Source of the DNA: Candidatus Aminicenantes bacterium
GTDB lineage: Bacteria; Acidobacteriota; Aminicenantia; S016-38
Assembly: GCA_026987025.1 (NCBI GenBank)
Contig: JALSNJ010000029.1
Location: 15,695 to 79,694 of the forward strand
DNA length: 64,000 bases
Direction: 5' to 3'
The position numbers and the translations under genes are program-made. This document shows positions 27,035-36,793 of the stretch, piece after piece. Positions within the stretch are counted from its first letter, which is position 1, and the number at the start of each line of letters is the position of its first letter. The notes beneath the pieces are model-generated. The model was given only the letters and a program-made list of their open reading frames with translations. It was not told the origin of the DNA and searched no databases.

Positions 27035-28206
27035 AGTTCCCCCTCTTCGTTGCCCTTCGCTACCTCTTCTCCAGGAGAAAGCAAACCTTCATATCCCTTA
27101 TTTCTGCGGTTTCCGTCCTGGGAATCACCATAGGGGTTGCCTCCTTAGTGGTGGCCCTGGCTCTGATATCCGGATTCCACAGCGAAATCCAGGGTAAGGT
27201 GCTGGAGGCCACCTCAGCCATCATGGCCTCGCTACCGGAGGGAGGAATAAGGGATTGGAAAAGCGTTTGCCGGAGGATGGGAGAATTACCCTTCGTGAAA
27301 AGGGCCTATCCCCAGGCCATATACCAGGCCCTGGCCAAGGGTCCTCTTTCAACCCAGGCCGTTATGCTAAGGGGGATCTCCTTGACTTCCCCTCCTCCCT
27401 GGGCCCAGGGCTACAAGGGAGAAGGGCTTTTGCTGGGGATGAGGCTTATGGAATCCCTGGGGGTCTTTCCCGGAGAGACCTTGGAGGTTTATCTTCCCAA
27501 GCTGGAGCTTACCCCCTTTGGGGCAAGGCCCAGGGCCAGGAGGGTAAAGGTGGAAGGGGGATTTTCCAGCGGCCTTTATGTTCTGGACAATACCGCGGCT
27601 GCTTTTCCCTTGGATAAAGCGAGGGAAATGCTTGGAGAGGAGCTCCCGGTAAACTACATAAACATAGATGTGAACGATATATACAGGGCGTCAGAGTATG
27701 CTCACTTGCTTCAGGAAAAATTCCCGGATTTTACCTTTACCCCCTGGAGCGAAATCAACAGGACCCTCTTTGAATCCCTGAAACTGGAGAAGAAGGTTAT
27801 CTTTATGGTCATAGCCCTTATCGTGGTGGTGGCTGCCCTCAACATAGTGGCCTCCCTCATCCTCATGGTTATGGAGAAGGTGAAGGATATTGGCATCCTC
27901 ATGTCCATGGGAGCTACCAGGAAGGATATTTCCATGGTCTTCATGCTTCAGGGGCTGCTGGTAGGATTTTTAGGGGTTGTTATCGGGGAGGCCCTGGGGG
28001 TAATTTTTTCCTTCCTGGCCAACAGGTTCAGCCTCATAAGGATCCCCCCTGACATATATCAGCTGGACCATGTCCCTTTTCAGGTAAAGCCCTTGGAAGC
28101 CATAGGGGTAGGGGTCTTTGCCCTTTTCATAAGCTTCCTATCCACTGTTTACCCCGCCAGGAAGGCATCTTCCATAGACCCTTCGGAGGCCATAAGGTAT
28201 GAGTGA
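27031..28206 (+). CDS. lolC: Lipoprotein-releasing ABC transporter permease (LolC/E)
   Basis: ALRYL..RRK..FIS, EKKVIF, MEKVKDIGIL.SMGA, YPARKAS...P.EAIRYE. Confidence 0.9.
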   Translation: MKFPLFVALRYLFSRRKQTFISLISAVSVLGITIGVASLVVALALISGFHSEIQGKVLEATSAIMASLPEGGIRDWKSVCRRMGELPFVKRAYPQAIYQALAKGPLSTQAVMLRGISLTSPPPWAQGYKGEGLLLGMRLMESLGVFPGETLEVYLPKLELTPFGARPRARRVKVEGGFSSGLYVLDNTAAAFPLDKAREMLGEELPVNYINIDVNDIYRASEYAHLLQEKFPDFTFTPWSEINRTLFESLKLEKKVIFMVIALIVVVAALNIVASLILMVMEKVKDIGILMSMGATRKDISMVFMLQGLLVGFLGVVIGEALGVIFSFLANRFSLIRIPPDIYQLDHVPFQVKPLEAIGVGVFALFISFLSTVYPARKASSIDPSEAIRYE

Positions 28207-28873
28207 AGTAAGGCTGGAGGGGGTGGTAAAGAGATATCCTTCCCCGGACGGGGAAATTGAGGTTTTAGGGGGGGTGGACCTGGCTGTAGGGAAGGGGGAG
28301 GCGGTCTCCATCATGGGACCCTCAGGTAGTGGTAAGACAACCCTGCTTCACATAATAGGAACCCTTTTAAGGCCCACTTCCGGCAGGGTTTCTCTGAACG
28401 GTCAGGAAATCTCCTCCATGGGAGAAGGGGAGCTGGCCCTTTTCAGAAACAGAAAGATAGGATTCGTATTTCAGTTCCACCACCTGCTGCCGGAGTTTAC
28501 CGTCCTGGAAAATGTCATGATGCCCCTGATTATAAGAGGGGAAAGGGGAGCGGAGGAAAGGGCCCGGCGGGTTCTTGAGATGGTGGGGATGGGCCATAGG
28601 CTAAAATTTAAACCCGCCCAGCTCTCCGGGGGCGAAAAACAGAGGGTGGCCCTGGCCAGGGCATTGGTCAACTCCCCCAGCCTTCTTCTTGCCGACGAGC
28701 CCACCGGAAACCTTGACTGGAAATCCTCTTCCCAGCTCATGGATATTCTGGCGCGCCTACACCGCCAGCTGGGATTTACGCTTATAATAGTTACCCACAA
28801 CAGGGAAATTGCCGAAAAATGGGGTAAAATATATTTGTTGGAAAGGGGTAAATTGAGATGTTGCACAGATTAA
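28199..28873 (+). CDS. lolD: Lipoprotein-releasing ABC transporter ATPase
   Basis: GPSGSGKT, FVFQFHHLLPEF, LSGGEKQR, ADEPTGNLD. Confidence 0.93.
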   Translation: MSEVRLEGVVKRYPSPDGEIEVLGGVDLAVGKGEAVSIMGPSGSGKTTLLHIIGTLLRPTSGRVSLNGQEISSMGEGELALFRNRKIGFVFQFHHLLPEFTVLENVMMPLIIRGERGAEERARRVLEMVGMGHRLKFKPAQLSGGEKQRVALARALVNSPSLLLADEPTGNLDWKSSSQLMDILARLHRQLGFTLIIVTHNREIAEKWGKIYLLERGKLRCCTD

Positions 28874-31119
28874 GCGAAGGAGCCAAACAGGTAATAAATT
28901 TTGCCAGGCAGATAGCCCTTTTTGACTACGGAGAAGCCCAGGTGGAGCCGGAACACCTCCTCCTGGGCATGACCAAGGTTAAAATAGGGAATGTAAGCAG
29001 AATACTGCGGGCCTTCCACATAGACCCGGAGCAGCTGAGGGAGGACCTCAGCATTTTGAAACCAGCGCCTTCCTCCCTGAAGGTTTACATTACCGACATT
29101 CCCCTTAGCGAAGCCTCCGATAGAGTACTGGATTACGCGGAGGAGGAGGCGGCGTCCATGAACTCCCAGGTTGTGGGGGTGGAGCACATCCTTCTGGGGA
29201 TCCTCCGGGAGAGGCAATCGGTGGCGGCGGAGCTTTTGATGAGCTATGGTATGAGCCCCATGAGGCTGAGGTCCTACATCCTCAGGGGCTTTCCGGAGGA
29301 CGAGGAGTTTCCTCCGGTTCCTGAAGTCCTGGAAGAGTTCTCTGTGGACTTAGTGGACCTGGCCAGGAAGGGTAGGCTGGATCCCCTTATAGGAAGGGAA
29401 AGGGAAGTGGAGATGTTGATGAATGTGCTGGCCCGAAGGAGGAAGAACAATCCTCTTCTTATAGGGGAGGCCGGGGTGGGGAAAACCGCCATAGTGGAGG
29501 GCCTGGCCCAGAGGATGGCCCGGGGGGAGGTTCCTCCTTTTCTCAGAGATAAAACCATCCTCATGCTTTCCATGTCCGATGTGGTGGCTGGAACCCGCTA
29601 CAGGGGGGAGTTTGAGGAAAGAATGAGGGATATTCTGGAAGAGGTGCTGGAGAGAAACGATGTAATCCTCTTTATAGATGAAATTCACACCATAGTGGGG
29701 GCAGGAGCTGCCGAGGGAGCCATAGATGCTGCCTCTATATTGAAGCCCTTTTTAGCAACGGGCAGGATAAGGGTTATAGGCACCACCACGCCCTCGGACT
29801 ACAGGACCACCATAGAACAGGACCCTGCCCTTGACAGGAGATTCCAGAAGATATTTGTTGAACCTCCTTCCCGGCAGGAGGTTATGGAGATACTCAGGGG
29901 GCTGAGGTGGAAGTACGAGGAGCATCACGGGGTCCGTTACACCAAGGAAGCCCTGAAGGCCATGGTCCACCTTTCCTCCCTTTACCTGACCTACAGGCAG
30001 TTTCCGGACAAGGCGGTGGACCTTCTGGACGAGTCCGGGGCCATGGTGGCCCTTCAGGGAAGGAGGGTGGTGAGGAAGGCGGATGTAGAAAAATTGGTCT
30101 CCCGCAAAACCGGTATCCCCCTGCCTAACCTCAAGGAAAGCGAGAAGGAAAGGGTGTTCAGGCTTCGGGCAAGGATGGAAAGGGAAATAATCGGCCAGCG
30201 CCATGCCATAGAGGCCCTGGTTTCCGCCATAAAGAGGGCCTCGGTGGGGGTTAGAAGAGGAAAAAGGCCCTGGGGGATTTTCCTCTTCGTGGGGCCCACC
30301 GGTGTGGGAAAAACCCATACTGCCAGAGTCCTGGCCAAGCACCTTATGGGCAGCGAAGATAAGCTCATAAGAATAGACATGTCCGAATTCAAGGAGGAGC
30401 ACACCATATCCAAGCTTATAGGGGCGCCTCCGGGTTATGTTGGCTACGGTAGAGGAGGTTATTTGACCGAAAGGGTAAGGAATAACCCCTACTCCGTGGT
30501 GCTCTTAGACGAAATAGAAAAGGCCCACCCCTCCATCTTCAACCTTTTCCTTCAGGTCCTGGAGGATGGAAGACTCACCGATGGGATGGGAAGGACGGCG
30601 GACTTCACCAATACCATAATCATAATGACATCCAATATCGGGACCAGGGAGATGCTTTCTGCCAGAAAGGTTGGTTTTGCTTCCCTGAGCTCCTCCGATA
30701 GGGAAAAATTGCTCAGGGAAAGCGTCAGCGGCTTCTTCCCTCCGGAGTTTTTAAATCGCCTGGATGAGGTGATTTTCTTCAGTCCTTTGACCCGGGAGGA
30801 CCTCAGGGAAATAGCCCGCTCCATAATCGCTGAGGTAAATCAGGAGGCTAAGGACACGGGCTGGGAGCTCAGGCTTTCCCCATCCGCCCTGGAGCTTCTG
30901 GTAAGCAAAGCCCTTGGGGAATGGAAATTCGGAGCCAGGCCCCTGCGCAGGATTATAGAAAGGGAAATAATAGACAGGGCAGCGGAGCTTCTTTTGAACA
31001 AAACCGGAAAATGGATTATAATTGAGGTCAATGAAAAACAGGGTAGCTTTACTATTAAAGGCAGGACTGGCAGTTCTTCTTCTCCTTCCCCTATGGGCAG
31101 CAAAGATAGAAAAAATTGA
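28858..31119 (+). CDS. ATP-dependent Clp protease ATPase subunit (ClpA/ClpC type, no middle domain)
   Basis: Clp-N repeats, GEAGVGKT, FIDEIH, GPTGVGKT, GAPPGYVGY, VGF ClpP-docking loop. Confidence 0.92.
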   Translation: MLHRLSEGAKQVINFARQIALFDYGEAQVEPEHLLLGMTKVKIGNVSRILRAFHIDPEQLREDLSILKPAPSSLKVYITDIPLSEASDRVLDYAEEEAASMNSQVVGVEHILLGILRERQSVAAELLMSYGMSPMRLRSYILRGFPEDEEFPPVPEVLEEFSVDLVDLARKGRLDPLIGREREVEMLMNVLARRRKNNPLLIGEAGVGKTAIVEGLAQRMARGEVPPFLRDKTILMLSMSDVVAGTRYRGEFEERMRDILEEVLERNDVILFIDEIHTIVGAGAAEGAIDAASILKPFLATGRIRVIGTTTPSDYRTTIEQDPALDRRFQKIFVEPPSRQEVMEILRGLRWKYEEHHGVRYTKEALKAMVHLSSLYLTYRQFPDKAVDLLDESGAMVALQGRRVVRKADVEKLVSRKTGIPLPNLKESEKERVFRLRARMEREIIGQRHAIEALVSAIKRASVGVRRGKRPWGIFLFVGPTGVGKTHTARVLAKHLMGSEDKLIRIDMSEFKEEHTISKLIGAPPGYVGYGRGGYLTERVRNNPYSVVLLDEIEKAHPSIFNLFLQVLEDGRLTDGMGRTADFTNTIIIMTSNIGTREMLSARKVGFASLSSSDREKLLRESVSGFFPPEFLNRLDEVIFFSPLTREDLREIARSIIAEVNQEAKDTGWELRLSPSALELLVSKALGEWKFGARPLRRIIEREIIDRAAELLLNKTGKWIIIEVNEKQGSFTIKGRTGSSSSPSPMGSKDRKN

Positions 31120-33328
31120 GATCTTAGGGCTAAAAAGGCTTTCCCCTGAGACGGTAAAGTACTATTTAGTTTCCTCCGAGGGGATGGAATTCAGCCCTGC
31201 CCGGGTGAGGCAGGACATTGAGAACCTATGGAAGACCGGATTTTTTTCCGATATTCAGGTTTACATAAAGGATGAAGGTAGGGTTCTTCGTTTTGTCGTT
31301 AAGGAAAGGCCCATCGTTAAGAGGGTGGTAATAAAAACCGACCGGTACATAAAGAAAACGGATATAACCGATAAATTAAAGGAAGAGGGGGTGGAAATCC
31401 TCCCCTATTCCTATTATCAGCCCTCCAGGGTGGCCAGGGTAAAGAAGGTGATAGAGGATTTTCTTAAGGAAAAGGGTTTTGCCCTGGGAAGGGTGGAGGT
31501 GCAAAAGGAGGGGAAGGAGGAAATAACCTTAACATTTGATGTCAGGGCCGGGGGCAAGCTCAGGATCGGGGAAATTGATATAAGAGGGAACTCCATGGTC
31601 CCTACCCCGGTCTTGGTCGGAGCCATAAGGTCCATAAGGAAATTTTCCCCTTTCAACCTGATATACCTGAAAAAAACGGTCTATTCCTCCAGGGCCCTGG
31701 AGGAGGCCCGCCAGGAACTGCGGAAAAAATACTTGGACCTGGGTTTTCTGGATGTGTTCGTGGGGGAACCCAGGATTGAGATAGAGGAGAGAAGGGATTT
31801 TCTGGGGCAGAAGAGGAAGATGATCAGGGTTGTCTTTCAGGTCAACGAGGGGAACATATATCGGGTAGGGAAGGTGGAGGTGGAAGGGAACAAAGCCTTC
31901 CCCAGGGGCCTCATAAAGTCCCTGATCCTTCTCAAAAGGAATCAAATTTACTCCCTCAGCAAGAGGGAGGATTCGGTAAAAAATATTCAGGACCTCTACG
32001 GCTCCATCGGTTACATATACGCTCAGGTAATTCCCATTGAGGAACCCAAGCCGGAAAGCCACCGGGTGGACATAACCTTCAGGATAATAGAGAACAAAAG
32101 AGTAAGGCTTCATCGCCTGGATTTCAAGGGGAACACCTATACCTACGACAAAGTCCTCAGAAGGGAATTTCTCATAGCCGAGGGCGATTACTTCAATGTG
32201 GAGGCCTTTAAGAACAGCCTCATCAGGATAAGACAGCTGGGCATCGTGGAGATAAAGGAGAACCCTGATTTTCATCCGGTGGGGGAAGACAAAATGGATG
32301 TGGTGGTTAAAGTGGAGGAGATGCACAGGAACCAGATATTCTTCAACGCCGGTTATGGGGGATTCTTCGGTTATTTCGTGGGGGGGTCCCTTTCCACCTC
32401 CAATTTTATGGGGAAGGGGGAAAACCTCAGCCTCTTCCTTCAGTATGGCACCCGATACAAAAGCTATAGCATTTCCTTCACTGAACCCTATCTCTTTGAT
32501 AGGCCCATCTTCCTCACCTTTAACATACACAACAACCTTTCCATCTTCCCCTACATGTTTACCAGGCAGATGAAGGGAGGGGGGCTCACCTTCGGTATAA
32601 AAAAGGGCTTCTGGAGGTTTGATTTCTCCTATACCAATGATTTCATATCCTTAAAGGATGTGAACGAGGATTATATAAACAATTTGCCGGAATTTTACCG
32701 CCTTCTCTGGTTTACCAATATGAGAATCGCTGCCATCTCGCCGGTAATTTACCGCTCCAGCGTGGACTCCCCTATCTGGCCCGAGAAGGGAACCCTTTAC
32801 CTTTACGGCCTGAAGATCGCCAACAGGGCTCTGGGAAGCGAAACGGACTTCGTAAGCAACTGGGTGGAGTTCACCCATTATCACAAGTTCAAATGGGGAC
32901 ATATCCTGGGCATGCACTTCAGGCTTCAATACATGAAGGCCCTGGGCGACAGCACCATTCCCATTTACGAAAGGATTTTCATGGGGGGAGAGCAGTCCCT
33001 CAGGGGGTTTGATTTCTATCGGGTAAGCCCCCAGGAGAACGGAGTAAGAATAGGGGGGACCAAATCCGTGCTGTTTAACTTAGAATATGAGATAAGGATG
33101 AAGGACTCGCCCATGGCGGTGGTTCTATTTCTGGACGCAGGAAATGTTTATAGCGAAAATCAAAGCATGGACATAACGGACCTTTACTATTGCACCGGAG
33201 TGGAGGGAAGAGTTTTCATAGAGATGCTTAGAATTCCCTTCCGTCTGATAATATCGTATAATCCTAAGCTTCCCACCAAATACGATAGAAACTTCACCAT
33301 AAGGATAGGAATGGGAAGAACATTTTAA
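31031..33328 (+). CDS. bamA: Outer-membrane protein assembly factor BamA
   Basis: Signal peptide, POTRA repeats, SFTEPY, SLRGF, C-terminal GRTF. Confidence 0.93.
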   Translation: MKNRVALLLKAGLAVLLLLPLWAAKIEKIEILGLKRLSPETVKYYLVSSEGMEFSPARVRQDIENLWKTGFFSDIQVYIKDEGRVLRFVVKERPIVKRVVIKTDRYIKKTDITDKLKEEGVEILPYSYYQPSRVARVKKVIEDFLKEKGFALGRVEVQKEGKEEITLTFDVRAGGKLRIGEIDIRGNSMVPTPVLVGAIRSIRKFSPFNLIYLKKTVYSSRALEEARQELRKKYLDLGFLDVFVGEPRIEIEERRDFLGQKRKMIRVVFQVNEGNIYRVGKVEVEGNKAFPRGLIKSLILLKRNQIYSLSKREDSVKNIQDLYGSIGYIYAQVIPIEEPKPESHRVDITFRIIENKRVRLHRLDFKGNTYTYDKVLRREFLIAEGDYFNVEAFKNSLIRIRQLGIVEIKENPDFHPVGEDKMDVVVKVEEMHRNQIFFNAGYGGFFGYFVGGSLSTSNFMGKGENLSLFLQYGTRYKSYSISFTEPYLFDRPIFLTFNIHNNLSIFPYMFTRQMKGGGLTFGIKKGFWRFDFSYTNDFISLKDVNEDYINNLPEFYRLLWFTNMRIAAISPVIYRSSVDSPIWPEKGTLYLYGLKIANRALGSETDFVSNWVEFTHYHKFKWGHILGMHFRLQYMKALGDSTIPIYERIFMGGEQSLRGFDFYRVSPQENGVRIGGTKSVLFNLEYEIRMKDSPMAVVLFLDAGNVYSENQSMDITDLYYCTGVEGRVFIEMLRIPFRLIISYNPKLPTKYDRNFTIRIGMGRTF

Positions 33329-33339
33329 AGGAGGTAGGC

Positions 33340-33867
33340 ATGAAAAAAGCACTCTTGGGAATTCTCTCCTTAGCTCTGCTTTCGGCAGCGGCTTATAGCC
33401 AGAAGATAAGGATAGGGGTGGTGAACCCGGACTATATTCTGGCCAATTCCAAGGAGGGGAAAAAGATATTGAGCGAACTTCAGGCTCTTCAAAAAAGGAA
33501 GGAGGCGGAGATAGCCCGGAGGCAGAAGGAAATTCAGAACCTTCAGAGGAAGCTTCAGACCCAGCAGGGAGTAATGAGTCCCCAGGCCGTTCAAAACCTC
33601 CAGGATAAGATAATGGAAAAGCAGAAGGCCCTCAAAAGGTATGTGGACGATGCCAAGGACGAACTGGCCAGGGCCAATCAGAAGAAGCTCGGCGCCTTTC
33701 AGCAGAAGATGCTTAAGGTGATAAAAAGGGTGGCCAAGGCCAAGGGTCTGGTGCTGGTTCTGGACAAAAGGCAGGTTATATATTCCGACCCTGTCATAGA
33801 CATTTCCTCAGAAGTGATAGGCGAGCTGGATAAGATGTTTGACAAACAGGTGGGGATAGGAAAATGA
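33340..33867 (+). CDS. skp: Periplasmic chaperone Skp/OmpH
   Basis: Signal peptide, IGVVN...S.EGK, coiled coil, DIS.EVI; follows bamA. Confidence 0.9.
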   Translation: MKKALLGILSLALLSAAAYSQKIRIGVVNPDYILANSKEGKKILSELQALQKRKEAEIARRQKEIQNLQRKLQTQQGVMSPQAVQNLQDKIMEKQKALKRYVDDAKDELARANQKKLGAFQQKMLKVIKRVAKAKGLVLVLDKRQVIYSDPVIDISSEVIGELDKMFDKQVGIGK

Positions 33868-34295
33868 AGGTGGAAGAGATTCTGGCCCTCCTCCCCCATC
33901 GCTACCCTTTCATGCTTGTGGATAAAATAAAGGAGGTGGAGGAAGGGAAAAGAATCGTCGGAATAAAGAATGTAACCTTCAACGAAGCCTTTTTCCAGGG
34001 CCATTTCCCCGGGAGGCCAGTGATGCCGGGGGTCCTCATTCTGGAGGCCATGGCCCAGACAGGGGCAGTTTTGTTGCTTTATTCCTTTGAGGAGGCCAGG
34101 AAAAAGCTCTTTTATCTGGCTGGAATAAAGGAGGCCCGGTTCAAGAGGCCGGTGGTTCCCGGGGATGTGCTGGAAATGGAGCTTACCGTGGAGAAATTAA
34201 GGAGCAATTACGCCGCCATGCGGGGGGTGGCCAGGGTGGAGGGAGAGGTGGCGGCCCAGGCCCTTATCCAGTCCATAGGAGTGGAGGAGGAATGA
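33864..34295 (+). CDS. fabZ: 3-hydroxyacyl-ACP dehydratase
   Basis: LPHRYPF.LVD, GHFP..PVMPGVL.LEAMAQ. Confidence 0.96.
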   Translation: MKVEEILALLPHRYPFMLVDKIKEVEEGKRIVGIKNVTFNEAFFQGHFPGRPVMPGVLILEAMAQTGAVLLLYSFEEARKKLFYLAGIKEARFKRPVVPGDVLEMELTVEKLRSNYAAMRGVARVEGEVAAQALIQSIGVEEE

Positions 34296-35098
34296 AGGTT
34301 CACCCCACCGCCCAGCTCCTGGGGGAAGTTCACCTGGAGGAGGGGGTGGAAGTAGGTCCCTATGCCATCCTGGATGGAAGGCTGGGGCCGATAAAAATAG
34401 GCGCAGGAACCATAGTTTTCGGCAATGTATGGATCCAGGGACCTACCTTTATAGGGGAAGAGAATGTAATTTATCCCTTCGCGTCCATAGGGGGAGGCCC
34501 CCAGGACCTGGAATACAAATTGGAGCCCACGGAAATTTACATAGGGGACAGGAATGTTATAAGGGAGTATGTAACCATAAACAAGGGCTCCACCAAGGAT
34601 AAAGGGAAGACGGTTATAGGCAACGACAACTACTTCATGGCTTACTCCCACATAGCCCACGATTGCAAGATAGGAAACCATGTGGTTTTTACCAACGGTG
34701 CTTCCATAGCCGGGCATGTGGAGGTTCATGACTACGCCATACTGAGCGCCTTCGTTGGTGTGCAACAGTTCTCCAGGATAGGGGCCCATGCCTTTGTGGG
34801 GGGATACAGCGCGGTGAACCAGGATGTTCTTCCCTATGCCAAGGTCGTAGGGCTTCGCCCTTTGGAGATTGTGGGGGTAAATACCGTGGGCCTTTCCCGC
34901 CGGGGATTTAGCCGGGAACAGATAAGGGCCATAGATAAGGCCTTCAGGCTCCTGCTTCGCTCCGGGCTCCTCTTGAAGGACGCCATAGAAAAGATAGAGG
35001 AGGAACTGGGAGAGAGGCCGGAGATAAAGGTTCTTCTGGATTTCCTTAGAACCCTGGACCCCAGGCGGGGATTTCACAGAAAAATAAGGAAAAGATGA
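34292..35098 (+). CDS. lpxA: Acyl-ACP--UDP-N-acetylglucosamine acyltransferase
   Basis: Hexapeptide repeats, PQDL, IRE.VTI, HIAHDC, QDV.PY, N.VGL.RRGF. Confidence 0.93.
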   Translation: MKVHPTAQLLGEVHLEEGVEVGPYAILDGRLGPIKIGAGTIVFGNVWIQGPTFIGEENVIYPFASIGGGPQDLEYKLEPTEIYIGDRNVIREYVTINKGSTKDKGKTVIGNDNYFMAYSHIAHDCKIGNHVVFTNGASIAGHVEVHDYAILSAFVGVQQFSRIGAHAFVGGYSAVNQDVLPYAKVVGLRPLEIVGVNTVGLSRRGFSREQIRAIDKAFRLLLRSGLLLKDAIEKIEEELGERPEIKVLLDFLRTLDPRRGFHRKIRKR

Positions 35099-35889
35099 GA
35101 CTGTTGGTGGTGGCCGGGGAAGGAATTTTGCCCGGGGAAGTGGTGAAGGGAGCCCGGTCCCAAGGATACGATGTGGTGGTTTTCAACTTTTCAAAGAAGC
35201 CCATAGAGGCACCCCAGGTCTTCAATTTCAAAATAGAGGATGCAGGCAAGGCTCTCTCCACCATGGAGACCCTTTCCCCCGATGAGGCGGTGATGGTGGG
35301 TAAAGTGGAGCACAAAATAGTCTTCTCGTCCCTGTTTACCAAGCCCTCCCTTCTTCCTCTGGTAAGGAGGTTGAAGGGAAAAAAGCCCATGGAGATACTG
35401 AAGACCATAGGGGAGATAATAGAGGAAAGGGGCGTGAAACTTGTAAGCCCCCTCAAGTTTGTTCCCCATCTGGTTTTCCCCCGGGGAGAGCTGGTGGGAA
35501 GATTTAGCCAGCAGGAGCTGAAGGAGATTTCCAGGGCCTATTCGCTGGCTAAGGAGCTGGCCCGGATGGATATAGGACAGGCCATAGCCTGGAAGGAGGG
35601 GGCGGTGGTGGCGGTGGAGGCCATGGAGGGGACCGACAGGATGATAAGGAGGGCCGGGGAGCTGGTCAAGGATTTCACCGTGGTTAAGGTGAGCCGCCCT
35701 TCTCAGGATCTCCGATATGACCTTCCGGTGGTGGGCCCTTCCACCTTAGAGGCCATGGCTGAGGCAGGAGGGAAAAACCTGGTTTTTGAGGCCGGGAAGA
35801 CCATTTTTCTGAATCCGGAACTTTCTCTGGATTTTGCCCGCAGGAGGCGAATAAAAATAATTTCCTGGGAGGAGCCGGAAAATGAATAG
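35095..35889 (+). CDS. lpxI: UDP-2,3-diacylglucosamine diphosphatase LpxI
   Basis: AG.G.LP, DIGQ, AVEAMEGTD.MI.R, QDLRYDLPVVG. Confidence 0.92.
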   Translation: MRLLVVAGEGILPGEVVKGARSQGYDVVVFNFSKKPIEAPQVFNFKIEDAGKALSTMETLSPDEAVMVGKVEHKIVFSSLFTKPSLLPLVRRLKGKKPMEILKTIGEIIEERGVKLVSPLKFVPHLVFPRGELVGRFSQQELKEISRAYSLAKELARMDIGQAIAWKEGAVVAVEAMEGTDRMIRRAGELVKDFTVVKVSRPSQDLRYDLPVVGPSTLEAMAEAGGKNLVFEAGKTIFLNPELSLDFARRRRIKIISWEEPENE

Positions 35890-36793
35890 GGTGAAGCTGG
35901 CTGTGGTGGGAGTAGGGAAGCTTGGAAGCCTCCACTCCAGGGTTATTTCCGAGATCTCAGAGGCGGAGCTCGTCTATGTGGTGGACATAATAAAGGAGAG
36001 GGCCGAAGAGGTGGGCTCAGAGTATTCCGCCGAGCCCCTCTTAGATTACACCCGGGTGAAGGATGTGGATGGAGTGGTGGTGGCCACCCCCACCCATTCC
36101 CATTACGAAATCGCCAGGCATTTCCTGGAGAAGGGGATAAACCTCCTGGTAGAAAAGCCCATTACCTCCTCCAGCCAGGAAGCGGAGGAACTCCTTACCC
36201 TGGCCGAGAAGAAGAATGTTGTCCTACATGTAGGCCATGTGGAGAGGTTTAATCCGGCGGCCAGAAGGCTTTTTGAGATAAAGGAAAAACCCAATTTCAT
36301 AAGGGCCCAGAGGCTTTCCCCCTTTACCGGCAGGTCCTTGGACATAAATGTGGTCCAGGACCTGATGATCCATGACCTTGAAATCGTCCTTTCCCTTTTG
36401 AGGGAGGAACCCCAATTGATTCACGCCTCCGGGGTGCGGTTTGCCACGGGGAAGCTGGACTTTGCCACGGCCATATTGAGGTTCCCTTCCTGCGTGGTGG
36501 AGATTACCGCCAGCAGAATATACGACAAGAAGCTCCGCCGTCTGGACGCCTTCTTCCCTTCGGGCCTATATGTCAAGCTGGATTTTGCCCAGAATACCTT
36601 CGCCAGGTTCAGGCCAACCCTTTACGGAATAGAGGAGGAATGGACAAGGATAGTTTCCAAGGAGCCCCTCAGGGCCCAAATGGAAAGGTTTATAGAAGCC
36701 ATAAAGGGAAGGGGGGAGAGGTGGGATGTTACGGCGGTAAAGGCTCTGGGCTGGGCTGAGAAGATATCTGAAATTGCTGAAAGAAGTTCTTAG
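35882..36793 (+). CDS. Gfo/Idh/MocA oxidoreductase; GnnA-like UDP-GlcNAc 3-dehydrogenase candidate
   Basis: GVGKLG..H, VEKPI, VGHVERFNPA, DLMIHD; lies inside the lpx operon. Confidence 0.85.
   Translation: MNRVKLAVVGVGKLGSLHSRVISEISEAELVYVVDIIKERAEEVGSEYSAEPLLDYTRVKDVDGVVVATPTHSHYEIARHFLEKGINLLVEKPITSSSQEAEELLTLAEKKNVVLHVGHVERFNPAARRLFEIKEKPNFIRAQRLSPFTGRSLDINVVQDLMIHDLEIVLSLLREEPQLIHASGVRFATGKLDFATAILRFPSCVVEITASRIYDKKLRRLDAFFPSGLYVKLDFAQNTFARFRPTLYGIEEEWTRIVSKEPLRAQMERFIEAIKGRGERWDVTAVKALGWAEKISEIAERSS

Noticed and set aside
31529-32530. Long antisense ORFs (for example 333 aa opposite bamA, 289 aa opposite lpxA, 292 aa opposite the S9 peptidase, 283 aa opposite ALDH, 266 aa opposite arcE)
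   Set aside because: Shadow frames of well-supported genes, with no SD, no motifs and atypical composition
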